Counted from the first letter of the stretch, positions 9,446 through 19,273 are shown. The stretch is DNA of 64,000 nucleotides from Actinomycetota bacterium (GCA_009885805.1 VFJZ01000007.1:10059-74058), one strand, 5' to 3'. Notes: a model not told the origin generated them from the sequence alone. Numbers and translations are program-made.

Positions 9446-10153
9446 ATGCGAACACGCTGGATCACCATCGGAGCCCTGACCCTCGCGGCGGTCGTACCGC
9501 TCGGGACGAGCGCGGCGGCGAGCGCCGCCACGAAGGCTCAGTACGGCGCGAAGTGCAACGACGCCTGGACGGGGAAGCGCGGCACCCCCGCCTTCCGTAC
9601 GTACAAGCGTGGATGCATCGCCGCGGCGACCGCGGCGACGGCGGCCGCACACGCCGCGGGCGACAACGACGTCGCCTCGGCGAATGCCGCCCGCGCACGG
9701 GCGGCCTGCGCCGAGGCGTTCCCCGCCCCACGGACGACGGCGGCGAAGCGCAAGGCCTACAGGCTCTGCGTCAAGGCCGCGACGACCGCCCAGAAGGTCT
9801 ACGGCGGCCGGCCGCTGACGGCAACGCTCGCCGGTGACGCGACGACCGACGCGGACGGTGCCGGCACTGCCCGCTTCACCCTCAATCAGGGCCGGAAGCA
9901 GATCTGCTACGACGTGTCGTGGACGAACCTCGACGTCGTGCAGGGGCTCCACATCCATCGCGTCGCCGACAACTCGATCGCGGTCGCGCTCGATGTGGAC
10001 ACCGATCTGACCGACGGCAACGCCAAGGGCTGCGTGAACGAACTCGACCCGGCGCTGATCAAGTCGATCCGCCAGCATCCCGAGCAGTACTACGTCAACG
10101 TCCACAGCGTCGTCTTCGTCGACGGCGCGATCAGGGGCACCCTGACGAAGTAG
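9446..10153 (+). CDS. secreted CHRD-domain protein
   Basis: ATG at 9446 with an aaggag RBS at 9434-9439. Signal peptide MRTRWITIGALTLAAVVPLGTSAAASA. C-terminal CHRD-like GLHIHRV ... QYYVNVHS ... GAIRGTL. Confidence 0.65.
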   Translation: MRTRWITIGALTLAAVVPLGTSAAASAATKAQYGAKCNDAWTGKRGTPAFRTYKRGCIAAATAATAAAHAAGDNDVASANAARARAACAEAFPAPRTTAAKRKAYRLCVKAATTAQKVYGGRPLTATLAGDATTDADGAGTARFTLNQGRKQICYDVSWTNLDVVQGLHIHRVADNSIAVALDVDTDLTDGNAKGCVNELDPALIKSIRQHPEQYYVNVHSVVFVDGAIRGTLTK

Positions 10154-10175
10154 TTCGTGGTGCCGCCGGCGGCGG

Positions 10176-11318
10176 TCAGGCCATCGCTTCGAGCAACGTC
10201 GCGATGCCCTGACCGCCGCCGATGCACTGGGTCGAGACGGCGTAGCGCCCGCCTTCGCGGTGCAGCAGTTGCGCCGCCTTGCCCGTGATGCGGGCGCCGG
10301 TCGCGCCGAGCGGATGGCCGATCGCGATCGCGCCGCCGTCGACGTTCACGCGCGTCTCGTCGATCCCCAGCGCCTCGATGACGGCGACCGACTGCGAGGC
10401 GAAGGCCTCGTTCAGCTCCATCACGTCGATGTCGGCGATCGTCAGGCCCGCGCGCTGCAGGACCTTGCGCACCGCCTCGATCGGCCCGATCCCCATGATC
10501 TCCGGCGCGCAACCGGACACCGCGAACGCCCGGATCGAAGCGAGCGGTTCCAGCCCGGAGCGCCGCGCGAACGACTCGGTCGTGATCAGACAGGCCGTCG
10601 CGCCGTCGGTCAGCGGTGATGACGTGCCCGCGGTCACCGTCCCGTCCGGGCGGAATGCCGGCTTCAGACCGGCGAGGCCTTCAACCGTCGTCGTTGGCCG
10701 CAGACAGCCATCGCTCGTGACTACCTCGTCGCTCGTCTGGACGGGGACGATCTCCGCTGCGAGCCGCCCATCGGCCTGCGCCGCCGCCGCCTTGCGCTGC
10801 GACTCGGTCGCGAAGACCTCCTGCCGCTCGCGCGTCACGCCGTAACGCTCGGCGACGTTCTCGGCCGTCTCGCCCATCGCCAGGTAGATCTGCGGGTAGT
10901 CGTCCATCAGCCCGGGGTGGGGGAGGTAGTTGAAGCCGACCATAGGCACGCGCGACATCGACTCGGTGCCGCCGGCGATGTACGCCTCGCCCATGCCCAT
11001 CGCGATCGAGCCGGCAGCGGTGTGGATCGCCTGCATCGCCGAGCCGCAGAAGCGGTTCACGGTCGCGCCGGCGACGGTTTGCGGCAGGCCTGCGAGCACG
11101 CCGGCGATCCGGCCCACGTTGAACCCCTGCTCCCCCTCCGGGAAGGCACAGCCGAGGGTGACATCCTCGATCGCCGCCGGATCGACGCCCGTGCGCTCGA
11201 CCAGTCCCCGCACCACCTGTCCGGCGAGCTCGTCGGGCCGCACCTCGCGCAGCGCCCCCTTGTGGGCGAAGTGGAACGGCGAGCGGACGTAGCCGGCGAT
11301 GACGACGCGGTCGGCCAT
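10176..11318 (-). CDS. acetyl-CoA C-acetyltransferase (thiolase)
   Basis: 380 aa. VNRFCGSAMQA (active-site Cys), NEAFASQ, and C-terminal CIGGGQGIATLLE. Confidence 0.9.
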   Translation of the reverse strand: MADRVVIAGYVRSPFHFAHKGALREVRPDELAGQVVRGLVERTGVDPAAIEDVTLGCAFPEGEQGFNVGRIAGVLAGLPQTVAGATVNRFCGSAMQAIHTAAGSIAMGMGEAYIAGGTESMSRVPMVGFNYLPHPGLMDDYPQIYLAMGETAENVAERYGVTRERQEVFATESQRKAAAAQADGRLAAEIVPVQTSDEVVTSDGCLRPTTTVEGLAGLKPAFRPDGTVTAGTSSPLTDGATACLITTESFARRSGLEPLASIRAFAVSGCAPEIMGIGPIEAVRKVLQRAGLTIADIDVMELNEAFASQSVAVIEALGIDETRVNVDGGAIAIGHPLGATGARITGKAAQLLHREGGRYAVSTQCIGGGQGIATLLEAMA

Positions 11319-12220
11319 CAGCGCGCCCCCGCCGGCTGCGTGTAGCGCACCGGGGTTGCCCAGACGTCGTCGGCGTGCGCGGCCCAGTAGTCGGCGAGCA
11401 GGCGCGGTCCGATCTCGCCACCCGGCAGGCGACGGCCGTCGACCGAGGCGATCGGCATCACGCCGCCGGCCGTGGAGGTCGCGACGGCCTCGTCCGCACC
11501 TCGCAGTTCGTCCGCGTGGACGTCACGGAGTTCGAGCCGGACACCGCGTCGTTCGAGCAGCTCGATCGCCGTCTGCCGCGTCACGCCCTCGAGGACGCCG
11601 GCGGCCGGCGTGGCCGCGACACCGTCCCTGATCACGAACAGGTTGAAGCCGGGGCCTTCGAGGACGTTGCCGCGGCTGTCGATCAGCACGGCCGTCTCGC
11701 CGCCGCGCTCGTAGGCCTCGAAGAGCCCGCGGACGAGGTCGAGCCAGTGGTAGTTCTTGACCGTCGGATCGACCGCCTGCGCGCGGATGCGCTCGATCGA
11801 GGAGATGATGACGTTCAGTCCGTCGTCGTCGTGCCGTTCGGGCCGCAGGATCCAGACGAACGGCACGGCGAAGACGGCGAATCGGTTCGTCGCCGTGCGC
11901 GGGTCGCGCCCCTGCGGGATGCCGCGCGTGACGAGCATCTCGACGAATGCGTCCTGCAGGTCCGCTCGCGCGACGCAGCCGTGCAGGATCTCCTCGATCG
12001 CGTCACGGTCGTAGGGAATCGAGTAGCGGAGGCGGGCGATGTTGCGCTCGAAGCGATCGAGGTGCTCGTCCAGGCGGAAGAAACGGCCCTGCCAGGTGTG
12101 GGCGACGTCGTAGGTGGCGTCGCTGCGAAGGAAGCCCCAGTCGAGCACGGGGATGCGGCACTCCGCGACCGGCATGTACGCGCCGTCCATGTAGGCGGCG
12201 CCCGCGGCGTAGTCGGTCAC
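11318..12220 (-). CDS. class IV (branched-chain/D-amino-acid) aminotransferase
   Basis: GTG at 12220 is preceded by ggaggttcgac and forms a GTGA overlap with the amidase stop. The family fold is recognisable (DRFERN ..., EGPGFNLFVI, TPAAGVLEGVTR). Confidence 0.8.
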   Translation of the reverse strand: MTDYAAGAAYMDGAYMPVAECRIPVLDWGFLRSDATYDVAHTWQGRFFRLDEHLDRFERNIARLRYSIPYDRDAIEEILHGCVARADLQDAFVEMLVTRGIPQGRDPRTATNRFAVFAVPFVWILRPERHDDDGLNVIISSIERIRAQAVDPTVKNYHWLDLVRGLFEAYERGGETAVLIDSRGNVLEGPGFNLFVIRDGVAATPAAGVLEGVTRQTAIELLERRGVRLELRDVHADELRGADEAVATSTAGGVMPIASVDGRRLPGGEIGPRLLADYWAAHADDVWATPVRYTQPAGAR

Positions 12221-13653
12221 GTCGAACCTCCGTCCAGGTCTGGTCGATTGTGGGCCCACGGCCGTTCGCGCTCGAAGGCGGCCGCCGCCCGAAAGACCGC
12301 GCGGTCATCGTACGAGCGGCCGACGATCTGCATCCCCGTCGGTACGCCCGACGCCGCCCGGCCGCTTGGAACGCTGAGGACCGGCGAACGGCTGCACATG
12401 TTGAAGGGCAGGGTCATGAGGGCGTCGCGGACGATAGCGGTCGGCTCGCCGTCGATGTCGGGGCCGCGGCCGATGTACGAATCGCCGGCGACGAGAGCGG
12501 GAATCGCAAACGTCGGGCAGATCAGAACGCGGTGCCGCTCCAGTACCCGGGCGAGGCCGGTCATCATCGCGCCCTCGACCTCGAGCGCCCGCAGGTACGG
12601 GATCGGCGGATCGCCGCGGAAGTCCTCGACGCGAGCGATCGCGTAGTCCGTCATCAGATCGCGGTGGCGCTCGACGCTCCGCTCGATGTCGGCCCCGAAG
12701 ATGGCGGCGAAATGGGAGCGTGCTGCCGCCAGGATCGTCGGCTTGTCCCAGCCCAGGTCGACCTCGTGGACCGTCGCGCCGGCGGCGCGGAAGGCGTCGG
12801 CCGCTCCCTGCAGGTTGTCGGCGACCTCCCGGGCGACGCGGTAGCCGCCGAGGTCGAGGCTCATCGCGATTCGCCAGCCGCGGATCGATCCGGGATCGGG
12901 CGGAATCGTCAGCTTCGGGCGGATCGCGACCGGGTCGGAGGCGTGCGGCCCGGCCATCACGTTCTGCAGCAGACGGCAGTCCTCGACCGTCCGCGCGAGC
13001 GGGCCCTCGTGGCAGTAGTGGTCGAGGTTGTACGGTGCGAACTCCGGGATCCGTCCGTACGGCGGCTTGAACCCGACGACGCCGCAGCACGACGCCGGCT
13101 GCCGGATCGAACCGCCGATGTCGGATCCGGTCGCAAGCGACGTCATCCCCGCTGCGAGAGCCGCGGCGCCGCCACCGGTGGAGCCGCCGGGCGAGTAGTC
13201 GAGGTTCCACGGGTTGCGCGTGACGCCCCACAGGCGCGAGTGGGTGAACGGCATGCACGAGAACTCGGGCACGGTCGAGCGCGCATGGACGATGCCGCCG
13301 GCACGCAGCACCCGGGCGATGCACTCGGCCGTCTCCGTCGCCACGGTGTCACGGTGGATGAGGGAGCCCTGCGTGAGCGGCTGACCGCGCACGGGCGTCT
13401 CCTCCTTCACCGCCACCGGCAGGCCTTCGAGCGGGCGTGGGCGCGGGCCGCGGCCGGCGTAGCGATCCTCGGCGCTCCGTGCGGCGGCGAGCGCCTCGTC
13501 GAAGAAGCGGACCGGCAGTGCGTTCACCTGGGGGTCGACGGCCTCGATCCGGGCGATCGTCGCCGCCATCACCTCGACCGGGGACAGCCGCCGCTCGCGG
13601 AAAGCAACGAGCGTCTCGGCGGCGGTCATCGTCGTCAGGTCTGCGCCGGCCAT
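12217..13653 (-). CDS. amidase-signature (AS) family amidase
   Basis: GGSTGGGAAALAAG ... GSDIGGSIRQPA signature. Start chosen at MAGADLTTMTAAETLVAFRERRLSP (13653; 13629 is an alternative). The 135 upstream codons of the ORF are Arg-rich junk. Confidence 0.85.
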   Translation of the reverse strand: MAGADLTTMTAAETLVAFRERRLSPVEVMAATIARIEAVDPQVNALPVRFFDEALAAARSAEDRYAGRGPRPRPLEGLPVAVKEETPVRGQPLTQGSLIHRDTVATETAECIARVLRAGGIVHARSTVPEFSCMPFTHSRLWGVTRNPWNLDYSPGGSTGGGAAALAAGMTSLATGSDIGGSIRQPASCCGVVGFKPPYGRIPEFAPYNLDHYCHEGPLARTVEDCRLLQNVMAGPHASDPVAIRPKLTIPPDPGSIRGWRIAMSLDLGGYRVAREVADNLQGAADAFRAAGATVHEVDLGWDKPTILAAARSHFAAIFGADIERSVERHRDLMTDYAIARVEDFRGDPPIPYLRALEVEGAMMTGLARVLERHRVLICPTFAIPALVAGDSYIGRGPDIDGEPTAIVRDALMTLPFNMCSRSPVLSVPSGRAASGVPTGMQIVGRSYDDRAVFRAAAAFERERPWAHNRPDLDGGST

Positions 13654-13674
13654 TCCCGGAAGTATGCTGGCAAC

Positions 13675-14097
13675 ATGCGAACCGTTCTCGTCAGCCTGCT
13701 CGCGACGCTCGTCGTCCCCGGTTCGGCCGGGGCCGCATTCGGCTTCTCGGCCTTCCACTCGCCGTCCCGCAACATCGTCTGCGTCGGTGCGGGGGACCGG
13801 GCGACCGGCAAGCGGATGGAACTGCGCTGCGACATCTCGAGCCACACCTGGACGGCGCCGCCGCAGACGAAGCCGTGCGACGCCGGCGACTACGGCTCGA
13901 GTCTCGGGATGACGCGGCGGGGACGTGCGCGGTTCATCTGCGTGTCCGACGCACCGCCGCCCTCGAAGATACTCGCCTACGGCGAACTCTGGCGGTTCGG
14001 GCCGTTCAAGTGCCGCATGAACACGACCGGTGTGCGCTGCGTCAACGCGGCCGCGCACGGCTGGGCGCTGTCACGGGGCAGCGTCAAGCGCTTCTAG
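13675..14097 (+). CDS. small secreted Cys-containing protein, function unknown
   Basis: In-frame ATG at 13675. Signal peptide MRTVLVSLLATLVVPGSAGAA. 140 aa with 7 Cys. Only 21 nt from the divergent amidase start. Confidence 0.55.
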   Translation: MRTVLVSLLATLVVPGSAGAAFGFSAFHSPSRNIVCVGAGDRATGKRMELRCDISSHTWTAPPQTKPCDAGDYGSSLGMTRRGRARFICVSDAPPPSKILAYGELWRFGPFKCRMNTTGVRCVNAAAHGWALSRGSVKRF

Positions 14098-15474
14098 GCG
14101 CGGCGGCAGGACCTTGTCCGGGTTGAGAATCCCGTTCGGGTCGAGCGCATCCTTGACCGTCCGCATCAGGTCGACGGCCGCCGCGCCGTACTGCCGCACC
14201 AGGTAGCCGCGCTTGTTCAGGCCGATGCCGTGCTCGCCCGAGACCGTCCCATCCATCTCGATCGTGCGCAGGGCGAGGCGCGACGTGAAGCCGTCGGCCG
14301 CGGCCCGGTCGTCGGCGCTGTCTGGATCGACCAGGACGCCGGTATGGAAGTTGCCGTCCGCGACGTGGCCGAAGAGGACGATCTCGAGGCCGGTGGTCGC
14401 TGCATCGGCGGCGGTCAGCTCGACGCACTCGGCGAGGCGCGAGACCGGGACGCAGGCGTCCGTCGAGACGACGCGGAACCCGGGCTGCAGCGCGAGGAGC
14501 GCGAAGTACGCGTTGTGGCGGGCCGCCCAGAGCCGGAGACGATCCTCCTCGCGGGTCGCGAACCGGAAGCCGGCGCCGCCGTGCTCGCCGGCGATCAGGC
14601 CGGCGCGATCGAGCTGGTCGGCGACCGCCTGCTCGGTGCCGTGGAACTCGCAGAAGAGGGTCGGCTGCTCGGCCTCCGCGAGGTCCGCGTGCCGGTTGAC
14701 GGCCGCGATCGCCGGACCATCGACGAACTCGCAGCGCGCGATCGGGATCCCCGTCTGGACGATCTCGGTCGCCGCGGCGACGGCCGCCGCCATCGACGGG
14801 AAGGCGACCGTCGCCGCTGCGATCCGCTCCGGGATGCCGTGGCAACGGACGACGAGTTCCGTGATGACGCCGAGCGTTCCCTCGGAGCCGCACAGCAGGT
14901 GGACGAGGTCGTACCCGGCAGACGTCTTGCGCGCCCGCGTCCCGCACTCGACGACGGTGCCGTCGGCCAGCACGGCCTGCAGTGCGAGCACGTTCTCGCG
15001 GATCGTGCCGTACCGGGCCGTCATCGTCCCCGAGGCGCCGGTCGCCGCCATACCGCCGATCGTCGCGTCGGCGCCCGGGTCGACGGCGAAGAACAGGCCT
15101 TCTTCGCGCAATCTCGCGTTGAGTTGATCCTTGAGGACGCCGGCCTGGACGCGGACGTCGAGGTCCGCCGGCGAGAGGGCCAGGATCCGGTTCATGCGCG
15201 ACAGGTCGAGCGTGACGCCGCCGCGCGTCGGCAGCACGTGGCCTTCGAGCGACGTGCCGACGCCGAAGGCGATGACAGGTGTGCCGGTGGCGTTGCAGGC
15301 GGCCAGAATCCTCGACACCTCCGCGGTCGTCTCCGGGAAGCAGACGGCGTCGGGCGGGCGGGCGGGCAGCGCGGACTCGTCCCGGCCGTGCAGGGCCAGG
15401 ACGGACTCCGACGTGGAAAAGCGTTCGGCGAGCAGGCGGGCGAGCGTGCTGGCGAGCGCGGCGTCAAGAGCCAT
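14071..15474 (-). CDS. FAD-linked oxidase (GlcD / D-lactate dehydrogenase family)
   Basis: 467 aa. FAD-binding PCMH-type N-terminal half (GVGTSLEGH ...) and C-terminal GTVSGEHGIGLNKRGYL ... DPNGILNPDKV. Confidence 0.85.
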   Translation of the reverse strand: MALDAALASTLARLLAERFSTSESVLALHGRDESALPARPPDAVCFPETTAEVSRILAACNATGTPVIAFGVGTSLEGHVLPTRGGVTLDLSRMNRILALSPADLDVRVQAGVLKDQLNARLREEGLFFAVDPGADATIGGMAATGASGTMTARYGTIRENVLALQAVLADGTVVECGTRARKTSAGYDLVHLLCGSEGTLGVITELVVRCHGIPERIAAATVAFPSMAAAVAAATEIVQTGIPIARCEFVDGPAIAAVNRHADLAEAEQPTLFCEFHGTEQAVADQLDRAGLIAGEHGGAGFRFATREEDRLRLWAARHNAYFALLALQPGFRVVSTDACVPVSRLAECVELTAADAATTGLEIVLFGHVADGNFHTGVLVDPDSADDRAAADGFTSRLALRTIEMDGTVSGEHGIGLNKRGYLVRQYGAAAVDLMRTVKDALDPNGILNPDKVLPPRLEALDAAP

Positions 15475-15494
15475 AGCCGGTAGGATGGCAGGCG

Positions 15495-16322
15495 TTGAGA
15501 CGGGTCGCGGTGATCACGGGCGGCGCGCGCGGGATCGGTCTCGCGCTCGGCAAGGCGTGCGCCGCGGACGGGATGGCGGTGGTCCTCAGCGACCTCGCCG
15601 AGGATGAACTCGCCGTCGCGGTCGGTCAGCTCGGCGACGCGGGCGCCGACGTTCTCGGCGTCGCTGCCGACGTCCGCGACGTCTCGGCCATGGTCGGTCT
15701 CCGGGATGCGACCCTTGCCCGCTTCGGGCGTGCCGACCTCGTCTCGCTGAACGCCGGCGTGGCGATCCGCCGCGATATCGCGGACATGACGGAGTCGGAC
15801 TGGGACTGGATCCTCGGCATCAACCTGCGCGGCGTGATCCGGGGCGTCACGGCCTTCCTGCCGGCTCTCGAGGAGCAGGGGGCTGGCCACATCCAGGCGA
15901 CCGCGTCGTTTCACGGGCACGTCGGCGACCCCGAGTTCGCGGGGTACTGCGTGACGAAGTGGGGCGTCGTGGCGTTGATGGAAACGCTCCACCGCGAGCT
16001 GCGCCTGAAGGGATCGCCCGTGTCGGCGTCCGTGCTCTGCCCGGGCTCGACGGTCACCGACCTGATGGTCAACGCCCTCGACCGGTACGGCGATGACGGT
16101 GGCGAGGCGGACGGCGCGGACCTCGACCGCAGCCAGCGCGTCCACGACGACCTGCAGCGCGGCCGCAGCCCGGACGAGGTCGCGGCGATCGCGCTCGCCG
16201 GGATCCGCGACGGGCGCTTCTGCATCTTCACGCACCCGGAGCAGGTCGCCGGGCCGCTGCGGCAGCGCTTCGAGGCACTGGCGCGGGACGGCAGCCTGCC
16301 GCCGCTGCCGTGGTCGGCCTGA
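15495..16322 (+). CDS. short-chain dehydrogenase/reductase (SDR)
   Basis: TTG start. VAVITGGARGIGLALG cofactor motif; Y-x3-K (YCVTK). Confidence 0.85.
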   Translation: MRRVAVITGGARGIGLALGKACAADGMAVVLSDLAEDELAVAVGQLGDAGADVLGVAADVRDVSAMVGLRDATLARFGRADLVSLNAGVAIRRDIADMTESDWDWILGINLRGVIRGVTAFLPALEEQGAGHIQATASFHGHVGDPEFAGYCVTKWGVVALMETLHRELRLKGSPVSASVLCPGSTVTDLMVNALDRYGDDGGEADGADLDRSQRVHDDLQRGRSPDEVAAIALAGIRDGRFCIFTHPEQVAGPLRQRFEALARDGSLPPLPWSA

Positions 16323-16330
16323 GCGCCGCC

Positions 16331-16441
16331 GTGGTGCGACCCCGGAATGGGCTTCTGGAGCGTGAAAGAAAAGGATCAGATCCCGCTCTTTCACGCTCCA
16401 GAAGGCCACGGCGAGCGTCACGCCGTCCGGCGTCGAACCGC
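16331..16441. repeat. 111-bp inverted-repeat-bounded intergenic element (same family as 41518-41674)
   Basis: The left end gtggtgcgaccccggaatgg pairs imperfectly (14 of 20) with the reverse complement of the right end (gcggttcgacgccggacggc). The termini resemble those of the element after cheY. Fills the gap between two convergent stop codons. Confidence 0.5.
16352..16404. terminator. perfect 18-bp stem / 17-nt loop hairpin between convergent genes (candidate bidirectional terminator)
   Basis: cttctggagcgtgaaaga (16352-16369) pairs with tctttcacgctccagaag (16387-16404). No U-tract. Confidence 0.55.
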
Positions 16442-17589
16442 TAGCCGCGCGCCGCGGCGCCCAGCAGGTGGCGCGCGATCACGAGCCGCTGGATCTGGCT
16501 CGTGCCCTCGTACAACTCGGTGATCTTGGCGTCGCGGTAGAGGCGTTCGGCGCCGAACTCGGCCGAGTAGCCGTAGCCGCCGAGCGTCTGCACCGCCACG
16601 TCGGCGGCGTCGACCGCGACGCGGCTCGCGATCAGCTTGGCCTGGGCTCCCGCGAGGCCGTGGGGCTTCCCGGCGGAGCGGAGCGCGGCGGCCCGCAGCA
16701 TCAGCAGCCGTGCACCCTCGAGGCGGGCGGAGATGTCCGCGATCGGGAACTGGACGCCCTGGAACCGTGCGATCGGTCCACCGAAGGCGTGCCGATCGGC
16801 GGCGTAGCGGCAGGCCAGATCGAGTGCCGCTCGGGCGATGCCGCAGGCCTGCGCTGCGATCGTGATGCGCCCGCCGTCGAGCGTGGCCAGCGCAATCTTC
16901 AAACCGTCGTCGCGGACGCCGAGCAGATCGTCCGCGGCGACCCGGAAGCCGTCAAGCACCACCTCCGCGGTCGACGACGTGTGGAGACCGAGTTTCGGGA
17001 TCTCGTGGGAGGAACCGAGGCCCTCGGCCCGCGTCGAGACGAACGCCGAGACGCCCTTCGCACCGCCACCGCCGGTGCGCGCGAACAGGACGAAGAAGTC
17101 GGCGAAGCCGCCGTTCGTGATCCATGTCTTCGTCCCGTCCAGTCGCCACTGACCATCGTCGAGGACAGCCTGCGCGCGGATCGCCGCCGTGTCGGAGCCC
17201 GCGTCGGGTTCGGTCAGGGCGTACGCGCCGAGCAGCTCACCGCTCGCCAGCCGCGGCAGGTAGCGGGCCTGTTGTTCGGGACTGCCGAAGCGGAGCAGTG
17301 GCGCGGCGCAGAGACCACCGTGGACGGCCACGGCCACCGACAGCCCCGCGTCATGGCGGGCGAGCTCCTCCACGACCAGGCACAGCGCGGTGTAGTCGAG
17401 TCCGGCGCCGCCGTGCTCCTCGGGGATGATGACGCCGAGCACGCCGAGGTCTCCGAGCTGGCGCAGCACCGGCACCGGCACGTGGTGCGTGCGGTCCCAG
17501 TCCGCCGTGTGCGGGGCGATCTCGCGTTCGCAGAAGTCGCGGACGAGGGCCGAGAGGTCCTCGTGGACGTCGCTCAGCGCCGGGATCAT
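16441..17589 (-). CDS. acyl-CoA dehydrogenase
   Basis: 382 aa. TEPDAGSD, WITNG, and C-terminal YEGTSQIQRLVIARHLL. Confidence 0.9.
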   Translation of the reverse strand: MIPALSDVHEDLSALVRDFCEREIAPHTADWDRTHHVPVPVLRQLGDLGVLGVIIPEEHGGAGLDYTALCLVVEELARHDAGLSVAVAVHGGLCAAPLLRFGSPEQQARYLPRLASGELLGAYALTEPDAGSDTAAIRAQAVLDDGQWRLDGTKTWITNGGFADFFVLFARTGGGGAKGVSAFVSTRAEGLGSSHEIPKLGLHTSSTAEVVLDGFRVAADDLLGVRDDGLKIALATLDGGRITIAAQACGIARAALDLACRYAADRHAFGGPIARFQGVQFPIADISARLEGARLLMLRAAALRSAGKPHGLAGAQAKLIASRVAVDAADVAVQTLGGYGYSAEFGAERLYRDAKITELYEGTSQIQRLVIARHLLGAAARG

Positions 17590-19181
17590 CAGAAGCGGCC
17601 GGGATCGCGGTAGACGCCGAAGACGTCACGGAAGACGTCGCACAGCTCGCCGAGCGTCGCCCCGCAGCGGGCGGCATCGATCAGCAGCGGCATCACGTTG
17701 GCGTCGCCCGCGCAGCCGTCGCGCACGGCGCGGAGAGCGGCGGCGTGGGCCTCCGCGTCGCGTGCACTGCGCAACGATCGGACGCGCTCGATCTGGCCGC
17801 GCTCGACGCGTGGATCGGCCTCGTGCAGGTCGATCGGTGGCGCCTCGTCGACCGCGAAGGCGTTCACGCCGACGATGACGCGTTCGCCGGACTCGACGGC
17901 CAGTTGAAAGCGGTAGGCCGCCTCGGCGATCTCCCCCTGCGGATAGCCCTGCTCGACGGCGGCGACCATGCCGCCGCGCCGGTCGATCTCGTCCAGATAG
18001 GCCTGCGCTTGCGCCTCGATCTCGTCGGTCAGGCGCTCGACGAACCAGGAGCCGCCCAGCGGGTCGGCGACGCTCGCGGCACCCGACTCGAACGCCAGTA
18101 CCTGCTGGGTGCGGAGCGCCAACGTCGCCGCCTCGAGGGTGGGGATCGCGTAGGTCTCGTCGTAGGAGTTCGTGTGCAGCGACTGGGCGCCGCCCAGGAC
18201 CCCGGCGAGTGCCTCGATCGCCGTCCGGGCGATGTTGAGCAGCGGCTGTTGGGCGGTCAGCGAGACGCCGGACGTCTGGCAGTGGGTGCGCAGCTGCCAG
18301 GAGCGTGGATCGCGGGCGCCGTAGGTCTCCCGGGCGATCCGTGCCCACAGGCGACGCGCAGCGCGGAGCTTCGCGATCTCCTCGAACAGGTCGGAGTGGC
18401 AGTTGAAGAAGAACGAGAACCGCGGCAGGAACCGGTCCGGATCGACACCCCGCGCGACCATCTCGGCGATGTAGGCGGCGCCGTCGGCGAGGGTGAAGGC
18501 GAGCTCCTGCGCGGCCGTGGCGCCGGCCTCACGGATGTGGTACCCGGAGACCGAGATCGGATGCCAGCGCGGCATCTCGTCCGCGCAGAAGGCGATCAGG
18601 TCGCCGACGAGGCGCATACCGGGCCGTTCCGGGACGATCCACTCGCGCTGGGCGATGTACTCCTTGAGGATGTCGGTCTGCAGCGTGCCCGACAGGCCCG
18701 TGCGACCGAAGCCGCGTTCCTCGGCGGCCGCGACGTACATCGCCAGTGCGATCGGCGCCGGCCCCGAGATCGTCATCGACACCGACACCCGGTCGAGGTC
18801 GACGCCTGCGTACAGGCGCCGGAAGTCGTCGACGGTCGCGACCGACACGCCCTCCCGGCCGACTTCGCCGGCCGACATCGCGTGGTCGGGGTCGTAGCCC
18901 ATCAGCGCCGGCATGTCGAACGCGGTCGACAGACCGGTCTGACCCTGCGCGAGCAGGTCGTGGAAGCGGCGATTTGTGTCCTCGGGCGAGCCGAAGCCGG
19001 CGAACATCCGCATCGTCCACAGACGGCTGCGGTACATCTCCTCGTGCAGGCCGCGCGTGTACGGGTAGGTCCCGGCGGCAGGGGCCGCGCCGGTCGCCTC
19101 GCCCGGCCCGTAGGACGCCGCCAGGGGATGGCCGGACATGGTGGTCGTCGGGACGGACGGCGCTGGTCGGAGGTCCGTCAT
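17589..19181 (-). CDS. methylmalonyl-CoA-mutase-family acyl-CoA mutase, large catalytic subunit (no B12-binding domain)
   Basis: Start at MTDLRPAP (19181; MRGP at 19193 is an alternative). YPYTRG ... [12 protein letters not shown] ... [12 protein letters not shown] family motifs. Ends right after the TIM-barrel domain. The upstream 198 codons of the 728-aa ORF are Arg-rich junk. Confidence 0.85.
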   Translation of the reverse strand: MTDLRPAPSVPTTTMSGHPLAASYGPGEATGAAPAAGTYPYTRGLHEEMYRSRLWTMRMFAGFGSPEDTNRRFHDLLAQGQTGLSTAFDMPALMGYDPDHAMSAGEVGREGVSVATVDDFRRLYAGVDLDRVSVSMTISGPAPIALAMYVAAAEERGFGRTGLSGTLQTDILKEYIAQREWIVPERPGMRLVGDLIAFCADEMPRWHPISVSGYHIREAGATAAQELAFTLADGAAYIAEMVARGVDPDRFLPRFSFFFNCHSDLFEEIAKLRAARRLWARIARETYGARDPRSWQLRTHCQTSGVSLTAQQPLLNIARTAIEALAGVLGGAQSLHTNSYDETYAIPTLEAATLALRTQQVLAFESGAASVADPLGGSWFVERLTDEIEAQAQAYLDEIDRRGGMVAAVEQGYPQGEIAEAAYRFQLAVESGERVIVGVNAFAVDEAPPIDLHEADPRVERGQIERVRSLRSARDAEAHAAALRAVRDGCAGDANVMPLLIDAARCGATLGELCDVFRDVFGVYRDPGRF

Positions 19182-19273
19182 CGGTCCCCGCATTCTAGTG
19201 GCGCACTGCTGGCGGCCCGACAGCTGCGGCCAAGACAATAATCTATCAAAATCTGCAAAATACCCCACATGGG

